64,000 nt of DNA from NCBI GenBank assembly GCA_041665225.1, contig JBAYJG010000001.1, positions 2,032 to 66,031 on the forward strand, read 5' to 3'. Shown in pieces: positions 29,757 through 40,114 of this stretch. Both the position numbers and the translations under genes were made by a program. Numbering within the stretch: the stretch's first letter is position 1; each line of letters begins with the position of its first letter. This DNA comes from Bacteroidota bacterium (lineage in GTDB: Bacteria > Bacteroidota > Ignavibacteria > UBA10030 > UBA8401). Below the pieces are notes generated by a model, which did not search any database, was not told the DNA's origin, and was given only the letters and a program-made list of their open reading frames with translations.

Positions 29757-29823
29757 AGAGTCTAAAACTCCGATGCTTGTCCTACGGACTCCTTCGGAGC
29801 GGCGAGGGTGTTTTTCGTTTAAT
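29757..29823 (+). repeat. intergenic repeat family, copy 3 (best-conserved)
   Basis: gagtctaaaactccgatgcttgtcctacggactccttcggagcggcgagggtgtttttcgttt. Contains a ctcc-ttc-ggag hairpin and a T-run. Sits 40 bp after the sialidase-like gene stop. Confidence 0.5.
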
Positions 29824-30041
29824 GAAAATCTGAGAGACGATTTGCTCAATGGAGAGATCTTTGATACATTAACTGAAGCGAGGAGGGATTACAGGAAGAG
29901 GGAGATAGTTTTATAACATGCTGAGAATATGCACAGCCTGCCATTCCATCGGCGTTGCAAATACCAGAATGAACGATTCTCATCCCTAAAATTGTAAATA
30001 CGGAAGAACGAATATCGTTCTATCGTCGACCGACACACAAC

Positions 30042-30905
30042 ATGATTATTGGACACAAACAGTTCAACCTGTTCGGGAAGAAAATATTTGAAAGGGTTAT
30101 TCTAAAACCGCCGTTTAAAGTGAATAACCATATGGCGAACGATGCCTGTTTTCTGTACATGGAAGAAGGGGATTATCATATCACTGGTTCGGTTGAGCAT
30201 GTAAAAGTTCATTCCAGGGAAGCGGTGTTAATGCGATGCGGCAGTTACTTTACGGAATTTCTCAAATCATTTTCTTCGGATGTCTGCGAGGGGTTTATTG
30301 TTCATCTCTATCCGGATGTTCTTAAAAAGGTTTTTGAAAATGAATTGCCGAGCGTGCTATTAGTAAAGCAGAATAGTCAGCAATTCATTTCCGTCAACAA
30401 GTATGCGGGAGATGAACTGATCAAAATATACATTAAAAGCTTGAAAATATATTTTGATAATCCGGGATTGGTGAATGAGAACTTAATAATTCTCAAACTG
30501 AAAGAGTTGATTATTCTGTTGACGAAAACAGAAAATGCCCAAACGATTGAACAGTTACTCTCAAGCTTATTCTCCCAAAAGGAATATTCATTTCGGGAGA
30601 TCATTGAAACACATCTCTACAGCGACACACCTTTAGAAATATTAGCACGTCTGACGAACAAGAGTGTTTCTACCTTCAAACGAGAGTTTCATACCATCTA
30701 TCAAGACAGTCCCGCGCGATATATGAAAAAAAAGAAACTGGAGCGCGCCGCAGAATTACTCTCCGTCACGCATCAACCGATCGGCGATATCGCCTTTGAT
30801 TGCGGATTTTCTGACCTTTCCAATTTTTCCCGATCATTTCAAGCTGCCTATGGAGTATCCCCTACCCGGTTCAAAATGGACAGAAAGAACAAATCTATAA
30901 GTTGA
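30042..30905 (+). CDS. AraC-family transcriptional regulator
   Basis: The C-terminal 100 aa carry the double HTH of AraC/XylS (…IGDIAFDCGFSDLSNFSRSFQAAYGVSPTRF). The N-terminal domain is cupin-like. Confidence 0.75.
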   Translation: MIIGHKQFNLFGKKIFERVILKPPFKVNNHMANDACFLYMEEGDYHITGSVEHVKVHSREAVLMRCGSYFTEFLKSFSSDVCEGFIVHLYPDVLKKVFENELPSVLLVKQNSQQFISVNKYAGDELIKIYIKSLKIYFDNPGLVNENLIILKLKELIILLTKTENAQTIEQLLSSLFSQKEYSFREIIETHLYSDTPLEILARLTNKSVSTFKREFHTIYQDSPARYMKKKKLERAAELLSVTHQPIGDIAFDCGFSDLSNFSRSFQAAYGVSPTRFKMDRKNKSIS

Positions 30906-31058
30906 AATGAAAATAATCTCTAATCTCTCGTGAAGAGTGTACGGGTATTTTGGATTGGCTATATATAGTTGAAAATGATGAAGAAATAATTGGATTGCGT
31001 TGTATTCCATCCGACAACATTTATGTATTCCAAAGAAAATATTTTGCAGTGTGAAATC

Positions 31059-32099
31059 TCAATATCCTTCACCGTGTAATTTCACTTTCCCTCTGAAGGA
31101 ATAGAAAATATATCCAAAATATCCAAATGCCAGAATCATTCCCATTATCCACCAAATCATTCCGACTTCAAGTCCATAGGAAGAAGCAGAAGTGTTATAG
31201 ACAGTCAGGCCGTTCGATGGATCTGTGGATGCCGGCAACACGTAGGGAAACAATCCGAACGCCGTACTCGCCAACATTCCTCCGATAAATAGTGCTGATG
31301 AGAGAAATGCTTTCGTATCGTTCTGATTTCTATTGAAGAACAACATACCCGCCATTCCCAGCACCGCCATAACTGGGAAAACATTTCCCCAGACACGTTC
31401 TGTGTAATTATTCCAAATCTCCGGCCTGATGGAAGACGCTGCTATAAGCGTAACGACAGAAAGTAGAAGAACTCCCCACACGGCATAAGAGCCGATCGTT
31501 CGTGAACGTGCTTGAACATTCCCTTCAGTCTTCATCGCCAGATAATTCGCTCCATGCACAGTCAATGTACTTAATCCGACAAGCCCCATCAAAACGGTGA
31601 ACCAATCAAGAATGCCGGCATCAGGTTGGACGGTGAATGATGTCCAAAGGGGTTCGAAAAAATATCCGTCGGCATTCAACGGAACACCGCGAACAACATT
31701 CCCGAGCGCTGCACCCAGAAAGATCGCCAGCAGCGTGCTTCCGAATGCAAATGTCCCGTCCCAAAAAGACTTCCACAGTGGATGATGAACGTGATGACGC
31801 AATTCAATTCCCAATCCCCGCAGCATCATTAACCAAAGGACGATCATCAACGGCAGATAGAAGCCGCTGAAACTTGATGCATACAATAAAGGGAATGCAA
31901 AGTAGAGCGTACCGCCTGCGGCAAGAATCCACACCTCATTTCCATCCCACACCGGACCAATGGCATTCAAAACCATCCGGCGTTCTTCGTCATTTCTTGC
32001 AACAAATAAGTGCAGTATGCCGGCACCAAGATCGAAACCATCGAGAATAACATACATGGCCAGCATGAATGCCACGACACTAAACCAAAAAATTTCCAT
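31059..32099 (-). CDS. cydB: cytochrome bd ubiquinol oxidase subunit II
   Basis: MEIFWFSVVAFMLAMYVILDGFDLGAG... is the canonical CydB N-terminus. Polytopic. Lies immediately downstream of cydA. Confidence 0.85.
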   Translation of the reverse strand: MEIFWFSVVAFMLAMYVILDGFDLGAGILHLFVARNDEERRMVLNAIGPVWDGNEVWILAAGGTLYFAFPLLYASSFSGFYLPLMIVLWLMMLRGLGIELRHHVHHPLWKSFWDGTFAFGSTLLAIFLGAALGNVVRGVPLNADGYFFEPLWTSFTVQPDAGILDWFTVLMGLVGLSTLTVHGANYLAMKTEGNVQARSRTIGSYAVWGVLLLSVVTLIAASSIRPEIWNNYTERVWGNVFPVMAVLGMAGMLFFNRNQNDTKAFLSSALFIGGMLASTAFGLFPYVLPASTDPSNGLTVYNTSASSYGLEVGMIWWIMGMILAFGYFGYIFYSFRGKVKLHGEGY

Positions 32100-32120
32100 A
32101 ACGCTATTCCTTATCGAATA

Positions 32121-33455
32121 TTAATGATTGGTTGCCGATTGTGTCGGTCCAGCATTGATCGTTTTCAGAACAAGAAGAATGAAGAGCAATCCAAGAATAA
32201 AATACATCCCCGCGAATCCCAGCAGCGTAAACATCGTACTTCCGGCTGTGACTAATTCCGAAGTACCATCGGTCGTACGCATTAATCCATACACTAACCA
32301 CGGCTGACGTCCTAATTCAGCGGTTGTCCAACCTGCAGTATTCGCAATATACGGGAACGGGAAAGCGAGCATTAACATCCATAATACACTGCGCGTAGTA
32401 AAAAGCAACTTCTTCCATAACAACAATGTTGCAGCAAGCATCAACCCAATAAACATTGTTCCCAATCCGACCATGATATGATAACTATAATAGAGAAGAG
32501 GGATATTGGTTGGATGATCCTTTTCCGGAAATGCATCGAGTCCTTTTACTTCTGCATTCCATCGGTTGTACGTAAGGAAGCTGAGCATATTCGGGACATA
32601 CAACGGATTATCCAGTCGTTTCTTCTCCATGTCTGGCTGTCCGATAAGAACAAGGGGAGCGCCTTCTTCCGTTTTAAATAATCCTTCCATGGCAGCGAGA
32701 GTCGCCGGTTGATGGAATGCAAGATTCTTTCCCTGTCCGTCTCCGGTCGGGAATGCCATGAGAATGGATGAAATAATACCGGCGATCACTCCCATGCGGA
32801 GAAAGATTTTCCCAAATTCTTCATCTCTCTTTGCAAGAAGATAATATGCACCAATCGAAGCGACGACAAACGCCGCCGTCACTACCGATCCGATCATGTT
32901 GTGAAGATATTGCCAGAAGATCCAAGGATTGAGCAGCAAACCCCAAAAACTGGCCAGCGAAACATTGCCGTTGGATCCGATTTCGAATGCAACGGGGTGT
33001 TGCATCCACGCATTCGTGGCGATAATGAAATATCCGGAAAGCCACGAACCGAGAAAGACCATGAAGGCAGCAAAAAAATGCATCTTCGGACTCAAACGTT
33101 TTTCACCGAACAGGAAAAGTCCCAGAAAACTTGATTCAAGAAAGAATGCAAAGACTCCCTCCATTGCGAGTGTCTGTCCGATTATGCCGCCAGCAAATGT
33201 TGAGAACCGAGCCCAATTGGTACCGAACTGAAACTCCATGGGAATACCGGTGACGACACCAATGGCAAAATTAATGGCGAAGATCTTCGCCCAAAATCGC
33301 GCGCTCGTATGGTAGAACTCGTTTCCCGTTTTGAGTCCGATTCCTTTCATAATGACAATCAGTAATCCCAATCCCATCGTCAATTGAGGGAAGAGGTAAT
33401 GGAATGAAATTGTGAATGCAAATTGAAGCCTATGAAGAAAGAGAGCATCTTCCAT
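32121..33455 (-). CDS. cydA: cytochrome bd ubiquinol oxidase subunit I
   Basis: N-terminus LQFAFTISFHYLFPQLTMGLGL and Q-loop region typical of CydA. Confidence 0.85.
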   Translation of the reverse strand: MEDALFLHRLQFAFTISFHYLFPQLTMGLGLLIVIMKGIGLKTGNEFYHTSARFWAKIFAINFAIGVVTGIPMEFQFGTNWARFSTFAGGIIGQTLAMEGVFAFFLESSFLGLFLFGEKRLSPKMHFFAAFMVFLGSWLSGYFIIATNAWMQHPVAFEIGSNGNVSLASFWGLLLNPWIFWQYLHNMIGSVVTAAFVVASIGAYYLLAKRDEEFGKIFLRMGVIAGIISSILMAFPTGDGQGKNLAFHQPATLAAMEGLFKTEEGAPLVLIGQPDMEKKRLDNPLYVPNMLSFLTYNRWNAEVKGLDAFPEKDHPTNIPLLYYSYHIMVGLGTMFIGLMLAATLLLWKKLLFTTRSVLWMLMLAFPFPYIANTAGWTTAELGRQPWLVYGLMRTTDGTSELVTAGSTMFTLLGFAGMYFILGLLFILLVLKTINAGPTQSATNH

Positions 33456-33911
33456 AGAATTATCCCTTTATACTTTCATTGTTACTTTCAGAGTGAAATA
33501 CATCCTGATTGTCCTGATCCAATACACAGTGACTCTAATGTATGCAGATATTCTAAAGACAGCAATTTGAATTACTTCCAGAGCTCAAAATACATTTGAA
33601 TTATCATCAATCATTCATTTTTGAATTGAAGTAATGAGTCTTTAAGAAATTCGGAAAATATATCAATCAGTGTTCGAAAATGTATCAGTGATATATCTGC
33701 GACGATCGAGGAATTGAAAATGAACAGTAAAACGTGCGAGTTGGTGCTATAAAAATGTTCTATATTGATTGATGGAACATAATGGAAGTGTATGATTTAT
33801 TGAGGATAAAGTGCTGTTCAGGAGTTATCGCTTCGTTTCGCAGAAAGAACCGTATCGGTTTTGCCAGCATCTCATAAGCAGCGAAGAATACACATATATC
33901 CGGAAAAAACT

Positions 33912-34619
33912 ATGAAACTGATACAATTACAAGGTGTTTCCAAGCAGTATCTTACCGGTGAAGTGCCAGTCACAGCATTAAAAAATATAGATCTGGAAAT
34001 AGAGCCGAAATCGTTTGTTTCGTTCATCGGACCATCGGGGAGTGGAAAATCTACACTTTTGAATTTGCTGGGTGGTTTGGACAAACCGACCTCTGGGAAA
34101 GTGTTTATTAATGATGTTGACGTGGGACTATTAAATCGTGCCGATGGAGCGGCATTTCGCGGAGGGAATATCGGATTTGTATTTCAAAACTTCAATCTGA
34201 TCCCAGTATTAACTGTTTATGAAAATGTCGAGTATCCTCTTCTTATGCTCTCCCGTGTCTCTCCAGCCGAACGTCGATCCCGCATCGAAATATTGCTGCA
34301 AAAAGTCGGCATGCTCGATCAAAAAAATAAATATCCAAACCAAATATCCGGCGGACAAAAGCAACGTGTTGCCGTAGCCCGCGCATTGGTAACCAACCCC
34401 AAAATTGTCCTTGCCGACGAACCTACTGCGAATCTTGACCGTGCCACAGCATTCAAAGTAATCAATATCATGCATGAAATGAAAAATGAATTTGGCACGA
34501 CATTCATTTTCTCCACCCATGATCCGAAAATAGTCGGTGAAGCAGAAATTCTCTATACACTGGAGGATGGGCTAATCACAAATCGTGAAACAAAAAGCAA
34601 CGGACGGCCAAGAGCATGA
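33912..34619 (+). CDS. ABC transporter ATP-binding protein (LolD/MacB-ATPase-like)
   Basis: Walker [10 protein letters not shown], signature LSGGQKQRVAVARAL, Walker B ILADEPT. ATG at 33912 chosen over the upstream in-frame ATG at 33861. Confidence 0.85.
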   Translation: MKLIQLQGVSKQYLTGEVPVTALKNIDLEIEPKSFVSFIGPSGSGKSTLLNLLGGLDKPTSGKVFINDVDVGLLNRADGAAFRGGNIGFVFQNFNLIPVLTVYENVEYPLLMLSRVSPAERRSRIEILLQKVGMLDQKNKYPNQISGGQKQRVAVARALVTNPKIVLADEPTANLDRATAFKVINIMHEMKNEFGTTFIFSTHDPKIVGEAEILYTLEDGLITNRETKSNGRPRA

Positions 34620-35848
34620 AAAATTTATTGAAGATCAGTTTCCGAAATCTTTTCCGCTATAAGCGGAGAACGTTATTGACCTCCTCCCTGATTGCGTTTG
34701 GTGTCGTATTGGTGATTGTCTTTGGCGGGTTGGCGATCTCCTTTAAAACTCAGATGATCGGGATTCTGACAAATTCTTCACTCGGTGACCTGCAAATTCA
34801 TAAAAAAGGGTATGTGGAATCAATTGACAATTTGCCGTTGAATGTGACGCTTTCAACAAATGATCTGACTGTCATCGAACAAACATTAAAAGCGATGCCG
34901 GACGTAGAAGCATTCAGTTCGCGAATTAAATTTGGAGCGATGATCAGCAATTATGCCCAGACATCGAATATTCGATTAAGCGGGATTATTCCCGAACAGG
35001 AACTTGCAACATGTCCCGATTTGCTGAAACGGGTGAAGGGCAATGTATCCGATCCGCGGAATTTTATTAAACCTGGCGAAGTACTTGTTCCGGAAAATTT
35101 GATGAAAGGACTTTCTCTCAACGTTGGGGATGAAATTGTGATGATCGCAACGAACAAGGATGGTTCCGTCAACGGCATCACATTACGTATCGCCGCCAAA
35201 ATGGAAAATGTTTTCGGTCCATCCGGTAAAGACGGATATATCCATCTTCAGGATGCGATGTCGTTATTACGAATGGATCAACCGGAAATTATAGAAGTTG
35301 CGGTTCATCTAAAGAACTTCGATCAACTGAGCAAAGTATCTGCTGAACTCAAGCAGCGATTTAATGGACCTGATTCGCATACTGAAGTACACACGTGGGA
35401 GCAGTTATCACCATTCGCCAGTATTGCACGGATAGTGGATTTATTGATTCTTGTTGTGAAGTTTATCCTTATTTCCATTGTTCTCGTCAGTATTCTGAAT
35501 ATCATGACCATGTCGGTATATGAACGCATCAGCGAGATAGGAACTATTGCGGCGATCGGAACACCGCCATCCAGAATTTTAGCATTATTTCTTATGGAAG
35601 GTTTTTCGATGGGATTATTAAGCACTCTCACAGGGACGGTGATAGGACTTGGAGGACTTTGGTTGATGAATCTGACCAAGATTACATTTACGTTCGGCGG
35701 AATGAACATTTCGCTAGCTCCAACAATTCCGGTCAGCGAAATTGTGTGGGTTGTTATTATTGTGATGTTGGTTTCTGTATTTGCCAGCGCTCAACCGGCA
35801 TATAAAGCGTCTAAAATGGAACCGGTCGATGCATTAGGACATGTGTAA
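34616..35848 (+). CDS. ABC transporter permease, FtsX/MacB-type
   Basis: N-terminal TM helix, a large periplasmic domain, and a C-terminal 3-TM FtsX-like bundle. Its start overlaps the ATPase stop (ATGA). Confidence 0.75.
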   Translation: MKNLLKISFRNLFRYKRRTLLTSSLIAFGVVLVIVFGGLAISFKTQMIGILTNSSLGDLQIHKKGYVESIDNLPLNVTLSTNDLTVIEQTLKAMPDVEAFSSRIKFGAMISNYAQTSNIRLSGIIPEQELATCPDLLKRVKGNVSDPRNFIKPGEVLVPENLMKGLSLNVGDEIVMIATNKDGSVNGITLRIAAKMENVFGPSGKDGYIHLQDAMSLLRMDQPEIIEVAVHLKNFDQLSKVSAELKQRFNGPDSHTEVHTWEQLSPFASIARIVDLLILVVKFILISIVLVSILNIMTMSVYERISEIGTIAAIGTPPSRILALFLMEGFSMGLLSTLTGTVIGLGGLWLMNLTKITFTFGGMNISLAPTIPVSEIVWVVIIVMLVSVFASAQPAYKASKMEPVDALGHV

Positions 35849-36128
35849 ATAGGTTCATGAATTACTGCTGTTCAAAATAAAAAACTTTGCGTGTAAAAAT
35901 TAGTACAAACCCAAAGAGTCAGATAAAAAATAAATTTTACCACACAAGAAAAGTACCCCTAAAATTAACAAAGAGCACCTCAAAGTGTGTGAGGAGCGAA
36001 ATTTAGGAGGATTGTGCGAATGGGAAAGCGATGAATGACGGGACTTTTGATGGCGCCAATAGCGCCATCAACGGGCAAAAGCGAACGGGATTCATCGCGC
36101 GCGTTAAATTTCGCAAGGGGTTCTTTTG

Positions 36129-36172
36129 CTTCTTTTCTTGCCCCGTCAAGAAAAGAAGAGCCTAAGTTTTTT
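36129..36172 (+). terminator. hairpin plus T-run in the leader of the LolA-like gene (terminator/attenuator-like)
   Basis: Perfect 12-bp stem CTTCTTTTCTTG / CAAGAAAAGAAG with a 6-nt loop. A TTTTTT run follows, but only after an 8-nt gap, and the stem is AU-rich. Confidence 0.25.
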
Positions 36173-36253
36173 ATCTTTTCACAATGTATTTTGTCCAAGT
36201 ATGTTCAAAAAAAACATCAATATATTCTCTCTTGATAAGAAATGGATTAAAAA

Positions 36254-36985
36254 ATGAAATATATCATGAAAAGCATTGTTTGGACATTCTTCATTGCCAT
36301 GGTTAGTCTTTCCCAAGATGCAAACATACTGTTGAAAAATGTGGATGACAATTTAATGCCGGAATCATATGCTGCCTATCGTACGTTGATCAACGAAGAA
36401 CCAGACGGCTCCAGAAAAGAGTTTTCCTTCTTTACGTTGAAGAAGGGAAAGGATAAAATTGCCATGCTCTATTTGAAACCGGCAAGTGAAAAAGGACGGG
36501 CAACGCTTCGCGTGGGAGAAAACATGTGGCTGTATATCCCGAATGTAAATAAGCCGGTACGGATCACAAGCCTTCAATCTGTTGTCGGCGGCGTCTTTAA
36601 CAATGCGGACATTATGCAATTGGAATATTCTGTTGAATATACTGCTGCGTTCGCCGAAGGGACTGAAAAAGAGATTCAACTTGAATTGAAGGCAAAAAAC
36701 AAATCGGTTGCCTATGATAAACTGAAGATGTGGATCACAAAAGACAAAAATATTCTTCGGAAGGTAGAGGCATATTCAGCAAGCGGCATGCTGATTAAAA
36801 CACTCGAATTTAAAGAAGATAAGAACTTTGGAGGTGGACTGATCCGCCCATCCGTCATCGAAACGCACAGTCCATTATACAAAGGGTATCGATCTTTGAT
36901 GATCTACCAATCAGTTAAAAAACGGCAATTTCCGGATGAAGTATTTACACTCAATTACATGGGACGGTTAGGAGATTTAAAATAA
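36254..36985 (+). CDS. LolA-like outer-membrane lipoprotein-sorting-family protein
   Basis: Signal peptide. About 240-aa secreted protein. Its position directly after an ABC ATPase and FtsX permease matches the common ABC / LolA-like / DUF cluster. The assignment to the LolA-like fold is from memory. Confidence 0.45.
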   Translation: MKYIMKSIVWTFFIAMVSLSQDANILLKNVDDNLMPESYAAYRTLINEEPDGSRKEFSFFTLKKGKDKIAMLYLKPASEKGRATLRVGENMWLYIPNVNKPVRITSLQSVVGGVFNNADIMQLEYSVEYTAAFAEGTEKEIQLELKAKNKSVAYDKLKMWITKDKNILRKVEAYSASGMLIKTLEFKEDKNFGGGLIRPSVIETHSPLYKGYRSLMIYQSVKKRQFPDEVFTLNYMGRLGDLK

Positions 36986-38268
36986 TGCCGCGGTTTCCGT
37001 TCTATATTTTGCTTTTTGCGTCGCTATTCGCAGGAATTCTTCCTGCTCAGGAAGAAAATACGCCCGATGACACCGTTGATGAAGAACAACAACAATTGGA
37101 ATGGAGCGGAAATCTCGATTTGAAGTACACACTATTCCACATGGATCAACGCTCAGCACAATATCAGATGCAATTCTGGAAACTTCCGCCTTCATCATCA
37201 TTCCTTTCACAATACAGATTAGAACCATATGTGAATGCCGATTACCACAATGGCGATGTCGGATTTGTACTCAAAACGCACGGAACATATTACAGCGACG
37301 CGAATGGACGATTCGACCTGTTTGAATCGTATGGCAGTTATGCTCCTTCCATCAATATTACTCTTCAGGCAGGGAAGCGTGTCTACAGCTGGGGAAAAGG
37401 GTACGCTTTCAATCCAACGGGATATATCAATCCGGTGAAGGATCCTGAAAATCCAGAGCTGGCACAGGCAGGTATACTTTCTGCGAACGTGGAGTACATT
37501 AAAAGTATAAACTCCGAAGCGCTGCAAAATATTGCGCTGATGATTGCGGTAGTTCCGTCAACGGAAATTCTTAACGGCCGTTATGGTGATATTGAGCGGA
37601 CGAATGTCGCAGTAAAATCCTACTTCTTATTGTGGGATACTGATGTTGATCTGATGACATATCTCAATGGAAACGGACCGGATAAATATGGTTTTGATTT
37701 TTCCCGGAATCTCAAAGAAAACATTGAACTACATGGAGAGGTCAGTGTATCACACAATGTTGCTCGATATAGTATAGAGCACGACTCGTTATATGTTCAG
37801 GTGAGGGACGATGTATCGTATGTTTTGGGTGCTCGGTACTTAACCGCATCGAATGTCACACTTATAGCTGAGTATTATCATAATGAGTTGGGTATGAAAG
37901 GTAGTGAATACCAACAATATTCAGAATACCTGGCAAAAAGTGTCGTAACAAATAATACTGCTATCGTGCACTCTGCTCTGAACACCACCATGAGATACTT
38001 CCGCGGGAATACGCTCATGCAAGATTATTTCTACGCAAAAATTATTTATCCTGAACCGTTTGATTTATTATACTTCACGCCGTCACTTTACACAATCTAC
38101 AATATATCGGATAACAGCTATTTGCTTTCCCTGCAATTGAACTACAAACCGGTAACGAATATTGAATTTATACTTTGGCCGACGATTCTTGCGGGAAATT
38201 CGAAGTCAGAATATGGCGGTAAACAAGTGCAGGAAAAGATTGAAGCCTGGATGAGAGTGTTTTTCTAA
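36985..38268 (+). CDS. secreted hypothetical protein (possible outer-membrane protein) in the ABC/LolA-like cluster
   Basis: Signal peptide MPRFPFYILLFASLFAGILPAQEE. Translationally coupled (TAATG at 36983-36987). Alternating beta-strand-like composition with a C-terminal aromatic residue. Confidence 0.4.
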   Translation: MPRFPFYILLFASLFAGILPAQEENTPDDTVDEEQQQLEWSGNLDLKYTLFHMDQRSAQYQMQFWKLPPSSSFLSQYRLEPYVNADYHNGDVGFVLKTHGTYYSDANGRFDLFESYGSYAPSINITLQAGKRVYSWGKGYAFNPTGYINPVKDPENPELAQAGILSANVEYIKSINSEALQNIALMIAVVPSTEILNGRYGDIERTNVAVKSYFLLWDTDVDLMTYLNGNGPDKYGFDFSRNLKENIELHGEVSVSHNVARYSIEHDSLYVQVRDDVSYVLGARYLTASNVTLIAEYYHNELGMKGSEYQQYSEYLAKSVVTNNTAIVHSALNTTMRYFRGNTLMQDYFYAKIIYPEPFDLLYFTPSLYTIYNISDNSYLLSLQLNYKPVTNIEFILWPTILAGNSKSEYGGKQVQEKIEAWMRVFF

Positions 38269-38283
38269 GAGAAGGCTTCGATC

Positions 38284-38880
38284 TTATTCCCCGAATATCA
38301 TAACCATGATCCGTGCCTGGACCGAGAGAATGGACACTTGATGTTCAACGATATTGTTCCATTTTAATTCCATACCGATACGATAATCTGGCGTGATGAG
38401 CTTTCCATATCCCAACGATAACAGATAACCCATTTTCCATTCCGAGCTCTCCATTGCTTCCCCCATTACCGTTGCTGTTGCGTGAACCCGGTAATATCCG
38501 AAACCTGCATGGAGTTGAATTCCCAATCGCTGCATGGAAAAAATCCCGAGCAGCGGAACAGCAGAGGTGGATGCCGATAGATCGATAGGCCCAAATTCAG
38601 AATTGTAATTTTTTGCCGAGGTGGATGAGATCGGAATCCAACCGGTTTCAATTCCTATTCCCAATAGATTACTTGAACCCCATTTTAATCTGAATGTTCC
38701 GGCGATACCGTCCCGTGTATAACTTCCGAAGGTCGATTTTGGATTGTTAAGCTTATACGCATACCCTCCTCCTGCCTCAACGAAAAGTCGAAATGTTGTC
38801 ACCGGTGTTTCTTGGCCGCGGGCAACAAGAACGTACATCGAAAAGAAGAAAATATATCTGCAGATATTAAAATGCATAAT
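38284..38880 (-). CDS. outer-membrane beta-barrel domain protein
   Basis: The ORF in the track extends to 39036, but the likely start is the internal Met (MHFNICRYIFFFSMYVLVARGQE signal peptide). Gly/Tyr-rich alternating strands typical of small OM barrels. Confidence 0.4.
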   Translation of the reverse strand: MMHFNICRYIFFFSMYVLVARGQETPVTTFRLFVEAGGGYAYKLNNPKSTFGSYTRDGIAGTFRLKWGSSNLLGIGIETGWIPISSTSAKNYNSEFGPIDLSASTSAVPLLGIFSMQRLGIQLHAGFGYYRVHATATVMGEAMESSEWKMGYLLSLGYGKLITPDYRIGMELKWNNIVEHQVSILSVQARIMVMIFGE

Positions 38881-40108
38881 ATTCAAACGCAACAAGCGAT
38901 GGGTAATTCGTAAGGATTCCGTCGATTTTTCCATCAGTGAGAAACGGAAGAATAAACTCCTTCTGATCGAGTGTCCAAACGAAGGTCTTTCTTCCTTCAG
39001 AACGCATTTGCTCGGCTTCATTCGGCAATGGACCAAGTGTCCACCGCGGCGCCCATACTTTTGCTTTTACCGCACGCACGTCGCTCAATGATAATTCACA
39101 GAGAGCATCTGCGGTATCCAAGAGATTTTCCTTCTTGTATTGATCTGCTAATTCTTCGGAGGGAAGTCCGATGTAGATATGCAGCGTTCTTCCCAAAGCC
39201 GCGGCTTTCAGTTTATATTCCTGCTGCAGTTTTACCGCAGGTGCAATAGTGCTTGGCGATTTGATGTCCAGCCAGATTGTTGATAATGTTGTAGAATTGA
39301 GAACCACGTTAAGCGCTTCTTTAAGTGTGGGAATTTGTTCTCCATTCTTTAATGTGCCCAGTGTCCTGATGGCCGCAAATGTGTAGTTGGAAACAGGTCC
39401 AATCAAGTATTCACTATTCATCAGCCGCGGACTGAAATTATCATCATGATACAAAATTGGGCTTCCGTCCTTTGTTAACCGCACATCAATTTCAATTCCA
39501 TTCGCACCGAACTCCTCAGCCAGTTGAATAATGCCGAGACTATTTTCCGATTCCGGCAATTGATCGGAGTTTCTCCCTCCGCCGCGGTGTGCAAGGATAG
39601 TGAACGCTGTATCCTTTAATGGCCGGTTAAATTGAAGCACAATCGGTGTTCCTGGTTCAGATGTTTTGTCTCCAATTGCTCCGCGAAAGTTAAACGATGC
39701 TGACGGCGGAATACCTCGTAATAGAGAGGAACCCCCTTGTTCGGCGGAAATTACAAAGCGGGCTAATCCATTATCCTGACTTTGTGCATATCGCCAATAC
39801 CCTTCAAAAATCAGATTGGAATCAATCCTTCCGGACTGCAATACAAACAGCGCAACATTCTTTCCGGAAAAAATGGATAACTTTTTTCCGCTCTGTTTAA
39901 TAACAACCACTTTCCCAAGTTGGTCTGATCCTTCAATCACGTCATATACTCCATTAAATAACTGCAACTGTTTTGATTCTATGGGAAGCGTATTGGTGAG
40001 TGTACCGCCGTTGGAAAAGAGCGGAACATTAACGGAATTGTCCTGCGTACATGAAAATCCCAGGAAGGCGATCAACACTACGGTCAATGTCGTCGAATAA
40101 TTATTCAT
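38867..40108 (-). CDS. glycerophosphodiester phosphodiesterase family protein with N-terminal extra domain
   Basis: Signal peptide. The C-terminal half carries the GDPD motifs (ILAHRGGG...ENS..., EIDVRLTKDG.PILYHD). Confidence 0.7.
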   Translation of the reverse strand: MNNYSTTLTVVLIAFLGFSCTQDNSVNVPLFSNGGTLTNTLPIESKQLQLFNGVYDVIEGSDQLGKVVVIKQSGKKLSIFSGKNVALFVLQSGRIDSNLIFEGYWRYAQSQDNGLARFVISAEQGGSSLLRGIPPSASFNFRGAIGDKTSEPGTPIVLQFNRPLKDTAFTILAHRGGGRNSDQLPESENSLGIIQLAEEFGANGIEIDVRLTKDGSPILYHDDNFSPRLMNSEYLIGPVSNYTFAAIRTLGTLKNGEQIPTLKEALNVVLNSTTLSTIWLDIKSPSTIAPAVKLQQEYKLKAAALGRTLHIYIGLPSEELADQYKKENLLDTADALCELSLSDVRAVKAKVWAPRWTLGPLPNEAEQMRSEGRKTFVWTLDQKEFILPFLTDGKIDGILTNYPSLVAFEYYAF

Positions 40109-40114
40109 TGTTCA

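Noticed and set aside
33861-33911. Long N-terminal extensions in the ORF track (33861, 45214, 48192, 50211, 51337, 38284..39036, 63292)
   Set aside because: Internal ATGs give canonical N-termini (signal peptides, Walker-A spacing), have RBS-like sequences, and remove overlaps with upstream genes.
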